A stretch of 64,000 nucleotides of DNA. Origin: an uncultured cyanobacterium. Its GTDB lineage: Bacteria > Cyanobacteriota > Cyanobacteriia > CAKZMO01. Shown here one piece after another: positions 11,899 through 27,246 of this stretch. The stretch spans positions 192,001-256,000 of the forward strand of contig CAVRCJ010000014.1 of assembly GCA_963719515.1 (NCBI GenBank). Reading direction: 5' to 3'. The notes under the pieces are model-generated. The model had not been told where the DNA came from. It worked only from the letters and a program-made list of their open reading frames with translations, and did not search any database. The position numbers and the translations under genes were made by a program. Position 1 is the first letter of the stretch. Each line of letters opens with the position of its first letter.

Positions 11899-12443
11899 GG
11901 CGGGGCGGGCGCAGCCAAGGGCGTGCCGGCTGTCGCGGCAGCTGTTGATGGCATGTATACCGGCAATCAACTTTAGGCGGTGGGCGTCTGGGGTAAGAAT
12001 AGGTTCTGCGATAGGGCTGTCGGGAAGTGGGGCGGTCTACAGCTCGCTGCTGTCAGGGAGCTCCTGGCGCAGGCGATGCTGAGCGCCATGGTCGGTCTGT
12101 GCCCCGCGCTGAGCGAAGTTGCGCTATTAATAAAATCGCGATCGCCCTAACATCCGGAGCTAGCGTTGCAAAATTCTCTAGCGGCTCGCAGTCGTATTAG
12201 GTGATGTCAACAATCAGGGCTTCCCGCAGCATTGCTAACTCTGCCTAGGTGTAGATAAATGCTTCTACGCCGTAACCCATACCCAACTTAGAGCCGATTC
12301 TCAGCATCTTCTTATAGTCTCCTAACATCTTCAATAGGCTTGTAGAACAAGCTTAGGTTAGGCAATTCTCAGCCTATCTGCGCCGCAACCCCCGTGTCTA
12401 GGGGTAGCTGTGCTCCGCTGAGAGATAGTGAGGTCGTTTAACG

Positions 12444-13475
12444 ATGCTTCTGGTAAAAGCTGCAGTGGGTAGCCTAGCTGCGATCGCCCTTTTAGTCGGC
12501 ACCGCTATTGTTCAGACAGGCGGCTGGGATAACTTCAAGCTACGCTACTACGCCTCAACTCAGGTGTTGCAAGATCAGAGCCACGAGCTTGACGACCTGC
12601 GCAAGCAGGGTATTGCTCTAGAGGAAGCAACCCGCATCGATCTGGCTCAACTTCTCAATGGGGGACCTCCTAAAGACGGTATCCCTAGCATTGATGCGCC
12701 TGAGTTCGACACCGCCCAGACAACGCCATTTCAGCCAGGAGATATGGTTATCGGCCTCACCGTTAATGGTGAGGCCAAGGCCTATCCGTTCAATATTTTA
12801 AACTGGCACGAGATCGTCAACGACACCGTTGGAGGCGTCAACCTGACAGTTTCCTACTGCCCCTTATGTGACACCATCGTCGCCTTTGAACGGGGGAGCT
12901 CCACCTTTGGAGTATCGGGAAAACTCTACCAAAGCTGCCTCGTGATGTACGATCGCTCGGATGACACGCTCTACGCTCAACCTTGGGGTCTGGGAATTGT
13001 TGGTCCTCAAGTTAACCAGTCGCTGGCGCGGATGCCTGCGGCGAAAACCACTCTGGGTGAATGGCTCGCTCAGCACCCGGATAGCCAAATCCTTTCCACC
13101 CGCACAGGCCATTCTCGAGACTACCAGGGATATCCTTACGGCACATACTACACCGACGATCGCATCATCTTTCCGGTACGCAATCAAGAGCAGCGGCGGC
13201 TCCATCCCAAAGCGATCGTTAGCTACGTGTGGGAATCTGATCATCAGATTCCCCGCAACCAGTTCTCGGGGGATAGCCTCGCGTTCGCCCACAAAGCGCT
13301 CATGCAGGCGGGGCGTCAAGAGGTGGCGTTTGCGGGACGCACCATTCAGGCCCGCTGGGATGAGGAGATGTCTACGGTTGTTGTAGAGGAGATGGACGGC
13401 AGCGTCATTCCCAATACCACCGCCTTTGCCTTTGTCTATCCTGCCTTCTACGGTGAGCCACTTCAGCAAAGATAG
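12444..13475 (+). CDS. DUF3179-family secreted or membrane protein
   Basis: GGPPKDGIPSID, AKAYPFNILNWHEIVND, SYCPLC and FGVSGKLY motifs. Confidence 0.8.
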   Translation: MLLVKAAVGSLAAIALLVGTAIVQTGGWDNFKLRYYASTQVLQDQSHELDDLRKQGIALEEATRIDLAQLLNGGPPKDGIPSIDAPEFDTAQTTPFQPGDMVIGLTVNGEAKAYPFNILNWHEIVNDTVGGVNLTVSYCPLCDTIVAFERGSSTFGVSGKLYQSCLVMYDRSDDTLYAQPWGLGIVGPQVNQSLARMPAAKTTLGEWLAQHPDSQILSTRTGHSRDYQGYPYGTYYTDDRIIFPVRNQEQRRLHPKAIVSYVWESDHQIPRNQFSGDSLAFAHKALMQAGRQEVAFAGRTIQARWDEEMSTVVVEEMDGSVIPNTTAFAFVYPAFYGEPLQQR

Positions 13476-13542
13476 AGCTATTGGTGTAGTGTGTGAGTCC
13501 GCGTTAAGGTCCGTCGCGACGCACCTTGGCCAAGCTGTAGCT

Positions 13543-14430
13543 CTAGACCTCCGCCATCTCCTCGCGCTTCAACAGCGGAAAGCCCAGCGCCTCCCGCTGC
13601 TCTAGATAAAGCTGCGCCACCTGCCGCGCCAAGCCTCGAATCCGGCGGATGTACTGCGTGCGCTCCGTCACCGAAATCACGCCCCGCGCATCCAGCAGGT
13701 TAAAGGTATGTGAGCACTTGAGCACCTGGTCGTAGCTCGGTAGAACGAGCGATCGCTCCATCAGGCGCTTGGCCTCCTGCTCATAGGTCTTGAACAGGCC
13801 AAACAAGACCTCAGCGTCTGACGCCTCAAAGTTGTAGGTGGAGTTCTCAATCTCGCCTTGTAAGAACACGTCCCCATAGGTAAGAGCATCGTTCCAGCGA
13901 ATATCAAAAATAGAGTCCACCTCTTGCAGGTACATCGTGAGGCGCTCTAGCCCGTAGGTAATCTCGATGGAAACCGGACGGCAGTCCAGACCGCCGCACT
14001 GCTGAAAGTAGGTGAACTGCGTCACCTCCATGCCATCTAGCCAAACTTCCCAGCCCACGCCCCAGGCTCCCACCGCCGCGTCTTCCCAGTTGTCTTCCAC
14101 AAAGCGAATGTCGTGGTCTTCAGGCTTAATGCCCAGCGCCTTGAGGGAGTCTAGGTAGGTTTCCTGGATGTTCTCCGGTGAGGGCTTGATCAATACCTGG
14201 TACTGATAATAATGCTGCACCCGGTTGGGATTCTCGCCGTAGCGTCCATCCGACGGTCGGCGACAGGGCTCTACATAGGCCACCGACCAGGGTTCAGGGC
14301 CAATTGCCCGCAAGAACGTATGGGGACTCTTAGTGCCAGCACCTTTTTCTGTGTCGTAGGGCTGAACGATGACGCAGCCGCGATCGCCCCAAAAGCTGTT
14401 GAGTGTTGCAATAACAGACTGAAAATTCAC
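13543..14430 (-). CDS. glyQ: Glycine-tRNA ligase alpha subunit
   Basis: [28 protein letters not shown] and [10 protein letters not shown] motifs. Confidence 0.98.
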   Translation of the reverse strand: MNFQSVIATLNSFWGDRGCVIVQPYDTEKGAGTKSPHTFLRAIGPEPWSVAYVEPCRRPSDGRYGENPNRVQHYYQYQVLIKPSPENIQETYLDSLKALGIKPEDHDIRFVEDNWEDAAVGAWGVGWEVWLDGMEVTQFTYFQQCGGLDCRPVSIEITYGLERLTMYLQEVDSIFDIRWNDALTYGDVFLQGEIENSTYNFEASDAEVLFGLFKTYEQEAKRLMERSLVLPSYDQVLKCSHTFNLLDARGVISVTERTQYIRRIRGLARQVAQLYLEQREALGFPLLKREEMAEV

Positions 14431-14626
14431 GCTGCCTCTCCTAGTGATACTGTGCGCCTCATTCGCTAACTATCCTAGCGGTGACCAGTCACTATTCGAG
14501 AGGCTCCAAATCGACCTGACCTGCGCCAAAGCCGCCTAGGACCTGCTGCGTTACAAACCGCAACATGGCTGAAACCTTCTCAGAGTAAGGAACACAAAGA
14601 AACTTTCAGATTACTCAGGTTTTTTG

Positions 14627-14656
14627 TTGACACCTAGCGGGAGATTTCGTTATATT
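14627..14656 (+). promoter_or_regulatory. rrn sigma70-type promoter
   Basis: TTGACA at 14627 and TATATT at 14651; a boxA-like GAACCTAGACAA follows at 14710-14721. Confidence 0.7.
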
Positions 14657-14962
14657 GTCTAAGCGGTCGAGAGGGAGCGGAGCGAAAGCGAAGCGAGCTC
14701 GAGGCCACCGAACCTAGACAAGAGAATAGTTTGAAAGCTAAGCGCATCTAGAATAAAGCTTGGATAACATACACTCCGTCGATAGGGAGCATTAAGCTTT
14801 AGCACAGGGAGGGATAAGACCTAAACTTTGTTGAGATTAGTGTATCACTAGAAGACGAAAGAAAGAATGATTCCGAGATAAGGATAACTTATCTGAGGGA
14901 TTGGATAGACTCAGTGCTTGATATTCATTTAGTTTTGTCTGAGTGAATTTGAGAGTACAACC

Positions 14963-16450
<1,488 letters not shown>

Positions 16451-16588
16451 AAGGGAGACCTACCCGTTAGCGACTGTCTAATATATGACGTTGCTGATGA
16501 GGTCACTCTAAGGTCGGTCCAAGCAGTATTTATTTTGGGTGCAGTGTTTAGCTTTCAAACTATGTTTAGGTTTACCAAAACCAATTAC

Positions 16589-16662
<74 letters not shown>

Positions 16663-16681
16663 CTGCTACGGCTTTAGTCGT

Positions 16682-16757
16682 GGGGGTATAGCTCAGTTGG
16701 TAGAGCGCCTGCTTTGCAAGCAGGACGTCAGCGGTTCGAGTCCGCTTACCTCCACCA
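16682..16757 (+). tRNA. trnA: tRNA-Ala (TGC), CCA encoded
   Basis: GGGGGTATAGCTCAGTTGGTAGAGCGCCTGCTTTGCAAGCAGG...CCTCCACCA. Confidence 0.97.
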
Positions 16758-16959
16758 ATTGGAATACTCGACTAGAACACTCGAGTGAACTAGGTGAATT
16801 CAGCACTCAATCAGGCGAAGGCTTAGATGGGCTGCTGAGCTCAAGAAGTTCAGCAAAGAACCTTGAAAACTGCATAGAAGAACAAACAACTGTCAGGTAG
16901 TTGATTTAGGTTGTGTAAAAGCAATTTAGAGAACGAAACAGACAAAAGCCGAAAGTAGT

Positions 16960-19772
<2,813 letters not shown>

Positions 19773-19843
19773 CAAACTTTCAGCTCGCTTTGTTCTTCTG
19801 TGCAGTCCTCAGGGCTCTATAAATTCAATAGACCCATCAGCTC

Positions 19844-19963
19844 TTCTGGTGTCTATGGCGCGGTGGACCCACTCTGACTCCATCCCGAACTCAGATAGTG
19901 AAACATCGCAGCGGCGAAGATACTTTGGGGGTAGCCCCGCGGGAAAATAGCTCGATGCCAGGT
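19844..19963 (+). rRNA. rrf: 5S rRNA
   Basis: CTGGTGTCTATGGCGCGGTGGACCCAC...CCATCCCGAACTCAG...GATGCCAGG. Confidence 0.95.
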
Positions 19964-19970
19964 GATTATT

Positions 19971-20010
19971 AAGAACAAGCCCTCGTTGTAATACAGCGGG
20001 GGCTTGTTCT
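19971..20010. terminator. rrn terminator, probably bidirectional
   Basis: AGAACAAGCCC-loop-GGGCTTGTTCT inverted repeat. Confidence 0.8.
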
Positions 20011-20012
20011 AT

Positions 20013-20804
20013 TCAGCGCGGGCCATAGAACGTCTCTAGACTGTCGCGATCGCCCGTGTAGCGCCAGTGCCACGGCTCATAGCTTACCTCCGTCGTCTCG
20101 TCGTCCTTGAACGAGAGTTCAAAACCGTAGCGGGCTGCATTCTTCTCTAGCCACTTGAACGCGCGGGTATTTTCAAAGCGCTCATCGAGATTTGCTTTTG
20201 GCACGTCCGCATCGCCAATATCGATGGCATAGCCTGTGTGGTGCTCACTATACCCCGGAGGAGCGCTCACGGCAGCCCGCTCTGAGGCACTTTGGGTTTG
20301 TTCAGCTCTAACACCAAAAAATAGGTACTGCTGCTGCTCTATAGATCGAAAGCCCGATAGAGGAACGATATAGATGCCGTTGTTTCGAGCCGCGTCGGTC
20401 ATGTCCATGAAAGCGTCTGCCGCAGGTTGTCTAAGGGCAATGCCCCCGTCCGCCGTGATGGAGACAAGCGACCTTTCTGGCGCTTCTTCGTAAGGTTTAT
20501 GGCCTAGCAGCGTATCAGAGGAGCCGGAAGATACCGAGAGTCCTGCCCGCACCAGAGCGTCCTGCAGTCCTGGTCGCGCTGAGATGATGGGTTGATTTGC
20601 GCCCAGGATGGGTGATCCTCGCCAAACCATTGCAGCGCCAGCTCCTGCAAGAAGAGCGAGTAACGTTCCTCCTGCCGCCCAGAGTACAGCTGAAGAGGGC
20701 TTAGACTTGGCAGACCGCAGTGCCGCTGAGGGCTCACGCATCGCTACGGGAATGTCGTCGGTCGGGGTTTGATCAGAGGTGAGCTTTGGGGACGGATCGG
20801 TCAT
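20013..20804 (-). CDS. M15B (VanY-like) D-Ala-D-Ala carboxypeptidase
   Basis: LSGFRS, APPGYSEHHTGYAIDI and YEPWHWRY motifs; N-terminal TM segment. Confidence 0.9.
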   Translation of the reverse strand: MTDPSPKLTSDQTPTDDIPVAMREPSAALRSAKSKPSSAVLWAAGGTLLALLAGAGAAMVWRGSPILGANQPIISARPGLQDALVRAGLSVSSGSSDTLLGHKPYEEAPERSLVSITADGGIALRQPAADAFMDMTDAARNNGIYIVPLSGFRSIEQQQYLFFGVRAEQTQSASERAAVSAPPGYSEHHTGYAIDIGDADVPKANLDERFENTRAFKWLEKNAARYGFELSFKDDETTEVSYEPWHWRYTGDRDSLETFYGPR

Positions 20805-21055
20805 GCCAAATCAACTTATGCGGGGGTCAGTACAATATCAGGGCTCTGCGCCGTCCAAAAAAGCGTCCGGAAAGCAGAAATCTATTGCGCTACTTGGATG
20901 TTACGCTACTGGGTGTTGCGTTACTGGGCGTACGTGGATGATGCGCTAATAGGGCCACATCGGCGGGGCGATCGCCATAGCCTGAACCATTGTAGTCTGT
21001 TGACATCTTTCTTTTGGACCGCTTTAGACCTCTATGCTACTGAGCCCCCGACGCA

Positions 21056-22048
21056 ATGCCGTCCGCATTAGTCCAGCTTTATATTCCGCTTGTGCTGTGG
21101 ATTGGGCTAGGAATAATTGCTGGACGAAGGCTACCTGGCAGCGTTCCTCGCCGACTCGGTGCGTTTCTCTTTTGGGTCGGGGCTCCGCTCAGCATCATGA
21201 TCTTTATTCGCCAGGCTGACATGACCCGCGCTGTGTGGGTGGCGGCGGCGGTGGCCTGGGGAGCCGTGCTGCTGGGAGGGGGACTGGCCTGGGGATGGAT
21301 TAAACTGCAGCGACGGGGGCGAGGGGCGGTGGTTAAAGGTCAGCACCAGGGCGCTGCTTCAGACGTTTTGTCCCAAGCGCTGTGGAGTCGCCCGTCCCAG
21401 GGAAGCTTCATTAACGCTTCCGCGCTCGGCAATACAGGGTATTTGGGCTACCCTATTTCGCTGATTCTGGTGGGCAGTGATTACTTTGGCTGGGCTGTCC
21501 TCTATGACTCCCTAGGCAGTACGCTGGCGTCCTACGGTTTAGGGGTGGCGCTGGCGTCCTATTGCGGTAGCGCTGATGCTCTGACGTTTGGCCAAGGAGT
21601 ACGGCGCGTTGGCCAAGCGGTTCTGCGCAACCCCGCGATGTGGAGCTTTTGGCTGGGTCTGGGTCTGAGACCGGTCGCGCTCCCCGCGTCGGTTGAGTCG
21701 GGCCTAAGAGGTGCTGCCTGGACAGTCATTGCGCTGTCTCTGCTGCTGCTGGGTATGCGCCTTAGTCGCCTTTCTCTGGGTCAGCATATCAAAACGGCGC
21801 TAGTCAGCCTCAGTATTAAAATGCTGATCGTCCCCTGTTTAGTAGGCGGTGCACTAACGCTAGCTGGTTTGGAGGGTGCGCCTCGGCTGACGATTGTGCT
21901 GCAGGCCGCTATGCCCCCCGCCTTTGCCACGCTGATTATTGCAGAAGCCTACAGCCTCGACATTGACTTAACCGTGACTACGCTGGCTCTGGGATCGGTT
22001 GCTATCTTAATTACGCTACCGCTGTGGCTAATTCTATTCCCCCTCTAG
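21056..22048 (+). CDS. AEC (auxin efflux carrier) family transporter
   Basis: Multiple TM segments; GNTGYLGYP and LQAAMPPAFATLIIAEAY motifs. Confidence 0.85.
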   Translation: MPSALVQLYIPLVLWIGLGIIAGRRLPGSVPRRLGAFLFWVGAPLSIMIFIRQADMTRAVWVAAAVAWGAVLLGGGLAWGWIKLQRRGRGAVVKGQHQGAASDVLSQALWSRPSQGSFINASALGNTGYLGYPISLILVGSDYFGWAVLYDSLGSTLASYGLGVALASYCGSADALTFGQGVRRVGQAVLRNPAMWSFWLGLGLRPVALPASVESGLRGAAWTVIALSLLLLGMRLSRLSLGQHIKTALVSLSIKMLIVPCLVGGALTLAGLEGAPRLTIVLQAAMPPAFATLIIAEAYSLDIDLTVTTLALGSVAILITLPLWLILFPL

Positions 22049-22282
22049 AGGGCATTGATGGCCAAAGGTTCGTGGCCGGACCACAGCGTCGATAGAAAAG
22101 CCCCATCCCACCGAATTACGATTCGCGCAGAGATAGCAGATAATCAGGTAGAGGGGGCGATCGCCGACAGTAGCTCAGAAGTTCTAAAGGCGACAAATTC
22201 TGGGGCGCTCAGCTCCGCGCTTGGTTATCAACCCAAAAAGCTGCTTGAAACCGTTGAGGAAGTGAGAAGTGAGGACGGCCTA

Positions 22283-23008
22283 ATGACTCTTGTTCCAGAG
22301 CCTCGCCAGCGATCGCTGCAAAAGCTGATCACCAAGCTGGGGCTGACCGACACGACTGCTATTCAGTGGCCCCTAATCGATCAGGCCCTCACCCATATCA
22401 CCGCCGACTCCGCCCGCAATTACGAGCGACTTGAGTTTGTGGGTGACGCCGTGGTGCGGTTGGTAACGGCGACGTTCTTGTTCTCCACCTACCCCGAACT
22501 GCCTGAAGGGGAGCTGTCCGCCATCCGAGCTGTGCTGATGAGCGATCGCGTTTTGACCCAAATTGCTCAGCGCTACGGGCTCTCTCGCTACGTGCTGATG
22601 AACGCCAGCGCTGCCGCTGACGCCCCGGCCCAAAATACCATCGCCGCCGCTGCCTTTGAGGCCTTGTTAGGCAGCCTCTACCTCAGCCGCCCAGACTTCT
22701 CTTTGATCCATCCCTGGCTTGATCCCCACCTCGAAGAGTTTGCTGAAGCCGTGAACCAAGATCCCGCCCACCGCAACTATAAAGGGGCACTGCAGGGGCT
22801 TACCCAAGGGCGCTATCAGGTGCTGCCTGACTACCAGGTGGAAGAGGTGACTCTGGTCCATGGCCATCCCGAGCGGTTTTTGGCCCAGGTGTGGCTGCAG
22901 GGCAAAGTGTGGGGCGAGGGTAAGGGGCCGTCCAAAAAGCTGGCGGAGCAGGCGGCGGCTCAAGAAGCGCTAGCTGCTCTGCAGGCGGTGCCGGAGCTAG
23001 GCGCTTAG
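22283..23008 (+). CDS. rnc: Ribonuclease III
   Basis: NYERLEFVGDAV signature and C-terminal dsRBD (GEGKGPSKKLAEQAAA). Start placed at 22283 (GAGGA RBS) rather than 22055. Confidence 0.9.
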   Translation: MTLVPEPRQRSLQKLITKLGLTDTTAIQWPLIDQALTHITADSARNYERLEFVGDAVVRLVTATFLFSTYPELPEGELSAIRAVLMSDRVLTQIAQRYGLSRYVLMNASAAADAPAQNTIAAAAFEALLGSLYLSRPDFSLIHPWLDPHLEEFAEAVNQDPAHRNYKGALQGLTQGRYQVLPDYQVEEVTLVHGHPERFLAQVWLQGKVWGEGKGPSKKLAEQAAAQEALAALQAVPELGA

Positions 23009-24307
23009 CTAGAGCTTGCCCTTAAGCCAGTAGGTGCGCATGTCTCCCTTCCCCTTAATATTTATGAGCCCACGCTCTTCTAGGTGGTAGTGACGCTGCA
23101 GCCGCAGCCACACCGCTTCGGTGACCTGGATGCCCCCCGGCTCCCCCTGGGATTCCATGCGGCTGGCAATATTGACGGCGTCGCCCCAAAGATCATAGAC
23201 AAATCGCTTGCGGCCAATCACCCCGGCAACCACGGGGCCAGCATTGATGCCGATGCGGATCATGAGGGAACGGTCCTGCTCTTGGCTCAGCCGAGCGATC
23301 GCCCGCTGCATGTCTAAGGCCATGTCGGCGATCGCCTCTACGTGGTGCGCTGAGACGTCGGGAATTCCCCCCACCACCATGTAGGCGTCGCCGATGGTTT
23401 TAATTTTCTCTAGCTTGTGCTTATCGGCTAGTTGGTCAAAGGCGGAAAAAATCTGATTGAGCAGCTCCACCACCTCTTGCGGCGGCATGCTGGACGACAT
23501 TTGGGTGAAGCCGACGATATCGGCGAACAGCACGGTGGCTTCAGCAAAGCTGTCGGCGATAGTTCCGTCGTAGCGCTTGAGCTTTTCGGCGATCGCATGG
23601 GGCAAGATGTTGAGCAACAGCTCCTCTGAGCGGTTTTTTTCTGCTTTGAGCGCCTGCCGAGTCGTAAATTGCTTCCACTGGAGGCGCTCGTAGCAGTACA
23701 CCGAGAGGGTGGATACCCCGCAAAACCAGAAGATATAGAGCGTTTGCCTGGTGTTCCACTCTAGGGTGTCGTTTGCCAAGGGAAGGTTTAACACCGCGTT
23801 GACGCTGTAGTAGTAGGCCAGCACGGTGAGCTGGGAGAGGAGATGAAGCGGCCACCGCAGGGGAATTAGGGTCGCCTGCACGAGGAACACCAATGTCCAA
23901 GAGCGGAGGCCAGGGTGGGCAAAGCCGTTGAGCGTGGCCCAGATCTGCTCGACGAGAGTCACCGTTAGGGATGCGGCTAAAAAGATGCGCCCAGGATGCC
24001 GTCGGCCCCAGGGGAGATGCAGCAGCCATAGGTAAAACAGGAGTAACCCCTGCACGACTGTAGCCATCCACAGCCAGTGGGGGGTGTCGCGGATGGAATC
24101 TGGGGTGGCAATGAAACGGATGAGGGTAAACGTAATGTAGATGCTCACCGCTAGGGCAAGCGCTGTGACCAGGCGATTGCGCATGAACCGCCGCCGCCAC
24201 AGGCGATAGCTTGGCTGCACGTCAATGAGCAGCCTACTCCGCCAGTCTGAGAGGACTTGAGCAAAGAATCGATTCACAGCACCCCTAAAATAGCTAGCCC
24301 AAGCCAA
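23009..24307 (-). CDS. Membrane-bound class III adenylate/guanylate cyclase
   Basis: N-terminal TM helices; LLLNILP, VLFADIVGFT, EKIKTIGDAYM and YDLWGDAVNIASRMES. The K/D specificity residues suggest ATP. Start uncertain. Confidence 0.9.
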   Translation of the reverse strand: MAWASYFRGAVNRFFAQVLSDWRSRLLIDVQPSYRLWRRRFMRNRLVTALALAVSIYITFTLIRFIATPDSIRDTPHWLWMATVVQGLLLFYLWLLHLPWGRRHPGRIFLAASLTVTLVEQIWATLNGFAHPGLRSWTLVFLVQATLIPLRWPLHLLSQLTVLAYYYSVNAVLNLPLANDTLEWNTRQTLYIFWFCGVSTLSVYCYERLQWKQFTTRQALKAEKNRSEELLLNILPHAIAEKLKRYDGTIADSFAEATVLFADIVGFTQMSSSMPPQEVVELLNQIFSAFDQLADKHKLEKIKTIGDAYMVVGGIPDVSAHHVEAIADMALDMQRAIARLSQEQDRSLMIRIGINAGPVVAGVIGRKRFVYDLWGDAVNIASRMESQGEPGGIQVTEAVWLRLQRHYHLEERGLINIKGKGDMRTYWLKGKL

Positions 24308-24330
24308 GCCTAGCTTTCCGCCCCGATACC

Positions 24331-24879
24331 CTATGGGGCGACGCTTGGCGCTTGGCCTACCTCAGTCAATTCAAGCGATCGCCGCAAAGCGGTGAGTTCG
24401 TCGCGGTGGCCTGTCACTTCAACGGCGGGCTGACCGGGAATTAAGTCGAGAATGATTTGCTCGACTCTCCCCGATCGCCACCAGTAAAACCAGCCCGCTA
24501 GCGGCGCGAGCAGCCCTAAGACGAATGCCCAAGAGCCCACCTGCGGCAGCAGCAGGCTGATTACCAGACCTAAGCACAGTAGCCCTATGACCGCCAAAAC
24601 CGTCAAGAAAAGCGCCAGGAAGATGCTGGGCTGCACCTGGCCTGACAAGACGATTCGAGGATGGCTGGGGGAAATCTCTCGCTGCAGGGGCTCGTAAGCC
24701 CGCTGGGTGAAGTGGGTGACTAGCGCCTCGACAAGCTGCCGGGGCGTTTGCGCTTCGCTGACGGTGAATCGAACAGTTTCGAGGCGCTCTTTCGTTGAGG
24801 CTCGAATGAAAAACACTAGCCCCACCAGAATGAGTAGGGTGAGCAGCAGTGTGGAGGACAGGATTGGCGCAGCAGTCAT
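24331..24879 (-). CDS. ccb1: Cofactor assembly of complex C subunit B (CCB1-like)
   Basis: STLLLTLLILVGLVFFIRASTKER, LAGWFYW and GHRDEL motifs. Confidence 0.75.
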   Translation of the reverse strand: MTAAPILSSTLLLTLLILVGLVFFIRASTKERLETVRFTVSEAQTPRQLVEALVTHFTQRAYEPLQREISPSHPRIVLSGQVQPSIFLALFLTVLAVIGLLCLGLVISLLLPQVGSWAFVLGLLAPLAGWFYWWRSGRVEQIILDLIPGQPAVEVTGHRDELTALRRSLELTEVGQAPSVAP

Positions 24880-25013
24880 ACCGTTAGTGATGGGTTTTCT
24901 CTATTATCTCCCAGTAGGTTCATAACCGCGATGGGGCGCTGCTGAATCGGGGGACATAGCGGCGCCATGCCCCCACTGCCCGACTCAGCGAGCTAACGCC
25001 GAGGGGGGATGCA

Positions 25014-25298
25014 TTAGCGCAGGGACCGCTGCCGGTCGAGGTAGCTGAACACTTTGCCTAGCTCGGGCCTGAGGGTGATGCCTCTCTCGGTGATGGCCAT
25101 CAGCTTGGTCCAGTGGATTTGCTCTGAGTAGTTGAGCACGTGCAGCATGTGAATCGTTTCGCGGACGCCTGCGGGGGAGCCGATGACGATGTGACGAACG
25201 CGCTCGTTGTCGGGGCCGGTGGCTTCGGGGTTGGCCAGCAGGATGGGTGCCGCCTCGCTGCTGGGGCGAGACGACTGGAGGTGAGTTGTTGCGGTCAT
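25014..25298 (-). CDS. Small hypothetical protein (94 aa), resembling a cyanobacterial family of unknown function
   Basis: ERVRHIVIGSPAGVRETIHMLHVLNY pattern; AAGGA RBS before the ATG at 25298. Confidence 0.65.
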   Translation of the reverse strand: MTATTHLQSSRPSSEAAPILLANPEATGPDNERVRHIVIGSPAGVRETIHMLHVLNYSEQIHWTKLMAITERGITLRPELGKVFSYLDRQRSLR

Positions 25299-25711
25299 TT
25301 TGGGTTCCTTTTTGATGTGGATGGGTAGGAAACCCAAGGACTTGGCCATCCCTTCGACTTTGGGTGTTCGGGATGGCCGTGGGACAATGCCCATAGCGCC
25401 CGGACAGGTTACTTCTGTCTTGGGGGTCAGGCGGCGATCGTCGCGGTTATCGGCGATCGCTGCCGTTTATGACCAAATTCTTGGGAGCCAAGCTGCGGGA
25501 TGCAGCTCTCAGGCATAGACTCTACACTATTGGCGATGAGAGGGCAAGCCCGGATTTTAACTTTTGGGTGATTGGGATTCTGTACCGGCGTCGCGATAGG
25601 TGCTCCACACTAGCCTTGCGACAATCGCCAGCTTTTGACGCTTATGGTGTCGGCATTGACCCTCGCTTTCGGCTGCAATAGCGGCAACGGCGAGTTTTGA
25701 GCCACTGGGTC

Positions 25712-25752
25712 GGAACGGCTGAGGAACGGTTGAGGAACGGTTGAGGAACAGT
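25712..25752. repeat. 11-bp direct repeats (GGAACGGTTGA, about 3.7 copies)
   Basis: GGAACGGCTGA GGAACGGTTGA GGAACGGTTGA GGAACAGT upstream of the RTX-like gene. Confidence 0.85.
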
Positions 25753-25896
25753 CGCTTCGCTAACTTGAGTTCAGTAAGGCCGGGGAGAACCCATCAGATC
25801 TAAGCGTCAGCCCTCAAGGCTTCGCGCGTCAGATAGACATAGAACAAAGCAAATCTGAACAAGACGAATACCTACCTTCTCAAAAGGAGTCTAGAT

Positions 25897-27246
25897 ATGG
25901 CACAAGTATTTGAAACTATAAACAACAACACAGTCGCCACAGCAACCCCGCTAGGCAACATCCGCAATAATCCGTTTGTTCGAGGATCTTTACCAAGCAA
26001 CGATGCGGCTGATTTTTTCAAGTTTCAGGTTGATCGCCCGACTAAAGGTGGTGTGACCGTTGTGCCCGATGGCCTCAACGTTAATCTAAGCCTGTTAAAT
26101 GGCAAATTTGAAACGATTAGAACTTCTCTGAATCCCGGTACGGCTGCAGAATCAATCTCATTTGAAAATCTGCCGGCAGATGACTATACCTTGCTGGTTA
26201 GTAAAGTGGGTGGTGTTGGCAGCGGTAATTATTTTCTGAGCGGGGGTGGTTCTGCGGTCACTCGGGCCCAATTGAGCGTAACGGTCGATCGGATTAAAGC
26301 ACTCGAACGCTTTGATTCGCCTGTTCCATTTACGAGATTTGGCGAGGCTGATTTTTTCATTGAGGTCAACCGCTTTCCCGCCTCTGTGAAGAGCAAAGTC
26401 TTTAAAGACAGAAATGATGTCAGACCCAACTTCGTTGGCACTATAGAGGTCGGAACCAATCCGTTTGCGAGTGCTACTCTCAGCGCTACTGATCGCGATA
26501 GCAGAGTTGATTTTGACGACAGAGCTGACTTGCACCCTATCAGAAATACAAACCAGCTAAACATTGGATTTGACCCGCTTAAAAACGAAATTAGATCCTT
26601 AGATGGGGCATTTGGGCCGCGAAAAGAGAACGCAGTGATTACGGTTCAAGGAGACGGGGGAGACAGAAATGAACGGGGTTCACTAGGCTTTCACAAAGCA
26701 AGAGTCTCTTTCCGCGTCAATTACGACAGCTTTACCTCATCTGTCCCTAGCTTCAACAATCGCACACCGATCACAGTTGGCAACAACCGAGGGCAGTTCT
26801 TTCGGGGCAGAAGCATTCGCGGGATTATTGACGGCAGGGGCGGTAGAGACGATATCTCTGGCATGGGTGGCGATGATGTGTTGATTGGCGGCGGCGGCAA
26901 CGACAAGCTGAATGGAAACACTGGCAAAGATCTGATTTGGGGCGGGCTAGGCCGCGATATTCAAACAGGTGGAGCAGGTCGCGACATCTTCGTGCTGGAT
27001 CTGGGTAAAGGCGTGGATGTGATCAAAGACTTCCAAGATGGCAGAGACAAGCTGGGTCTGTATGGCGGATTGACCTCTGAGGCTCTAGAAATTACAAGGG
27101 AAGGTCGCAACGTCGGCATTTCTGCTGGATCTGACAAGCTAGCTATACTGAAAGATCTGCGCCCCAATCAAATCACAGCAGCAGATTTTGTCCAGGTTGA
27201 CTTCACTCAATTCAAGGGCATTACGACCCCCTACGCCGTTGTCTAG
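25897..27246 (+). CDS. Secreted RTX-type Ca-binding protein with an N-terminal PPC-like domain
   Basis: Nonapeptides [36 protein letters not shown] and GGAGRDIFV, then [16 protein letters not shown]-terminal [10 protein letters not shown]...[25 protein letters not shown]; no Sec signal. Confidence 0.8.
   Translation: MAQVFETINNNTVATATPLGNIRNNPFVRGSLPSNDAADFFKFQVDRPTKGGVTVVPDGLNVNLSLLNGKFETIRTSLNPGTAAESISFENLPADDYTLLVSKVGGVGSGNYFLSGGGSAVTRAQLSVTVDRIKALERFDSPVPFTRFGEADFFIEVNRFPASVKSKVFKDRNDVRPNFVGTIEVGTNPFASATLSATDRDSRVDFDDRADLHPIRNTNQLNIGFDPLKNEIRSLDGAFGPRKENAVITVQGDGGDRNERGSLGFHKARVSFRVNYDSFTSSVPSFNNRTPITVGNNRGQFFRGRSIRGIIDGRGGRDDISGMGGDDVLIGGGGNDKLNGNTGKDLIWGGLGRDIQTGGAGRDIFVLDLGKGVDVIKDFQDGRDKLGLYGGLTSEALEITREGRNVGISAGSDKLAILKDLRPNQITAADFVQVDFTQFKGITTPYAVV

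Noticed and set aside
11900..12440. Hidden gene or RNA in the pyrG-DUF3179 gap
   Set aside because: Only short ORFs without motifs; no convincing structure seen.
23009..24307. Functional link between the cyclase and the cluster's cNMP proteins
   Set aside because: Proximity only; the cyclase sits among housekeeping genes (rnc, ccb1).
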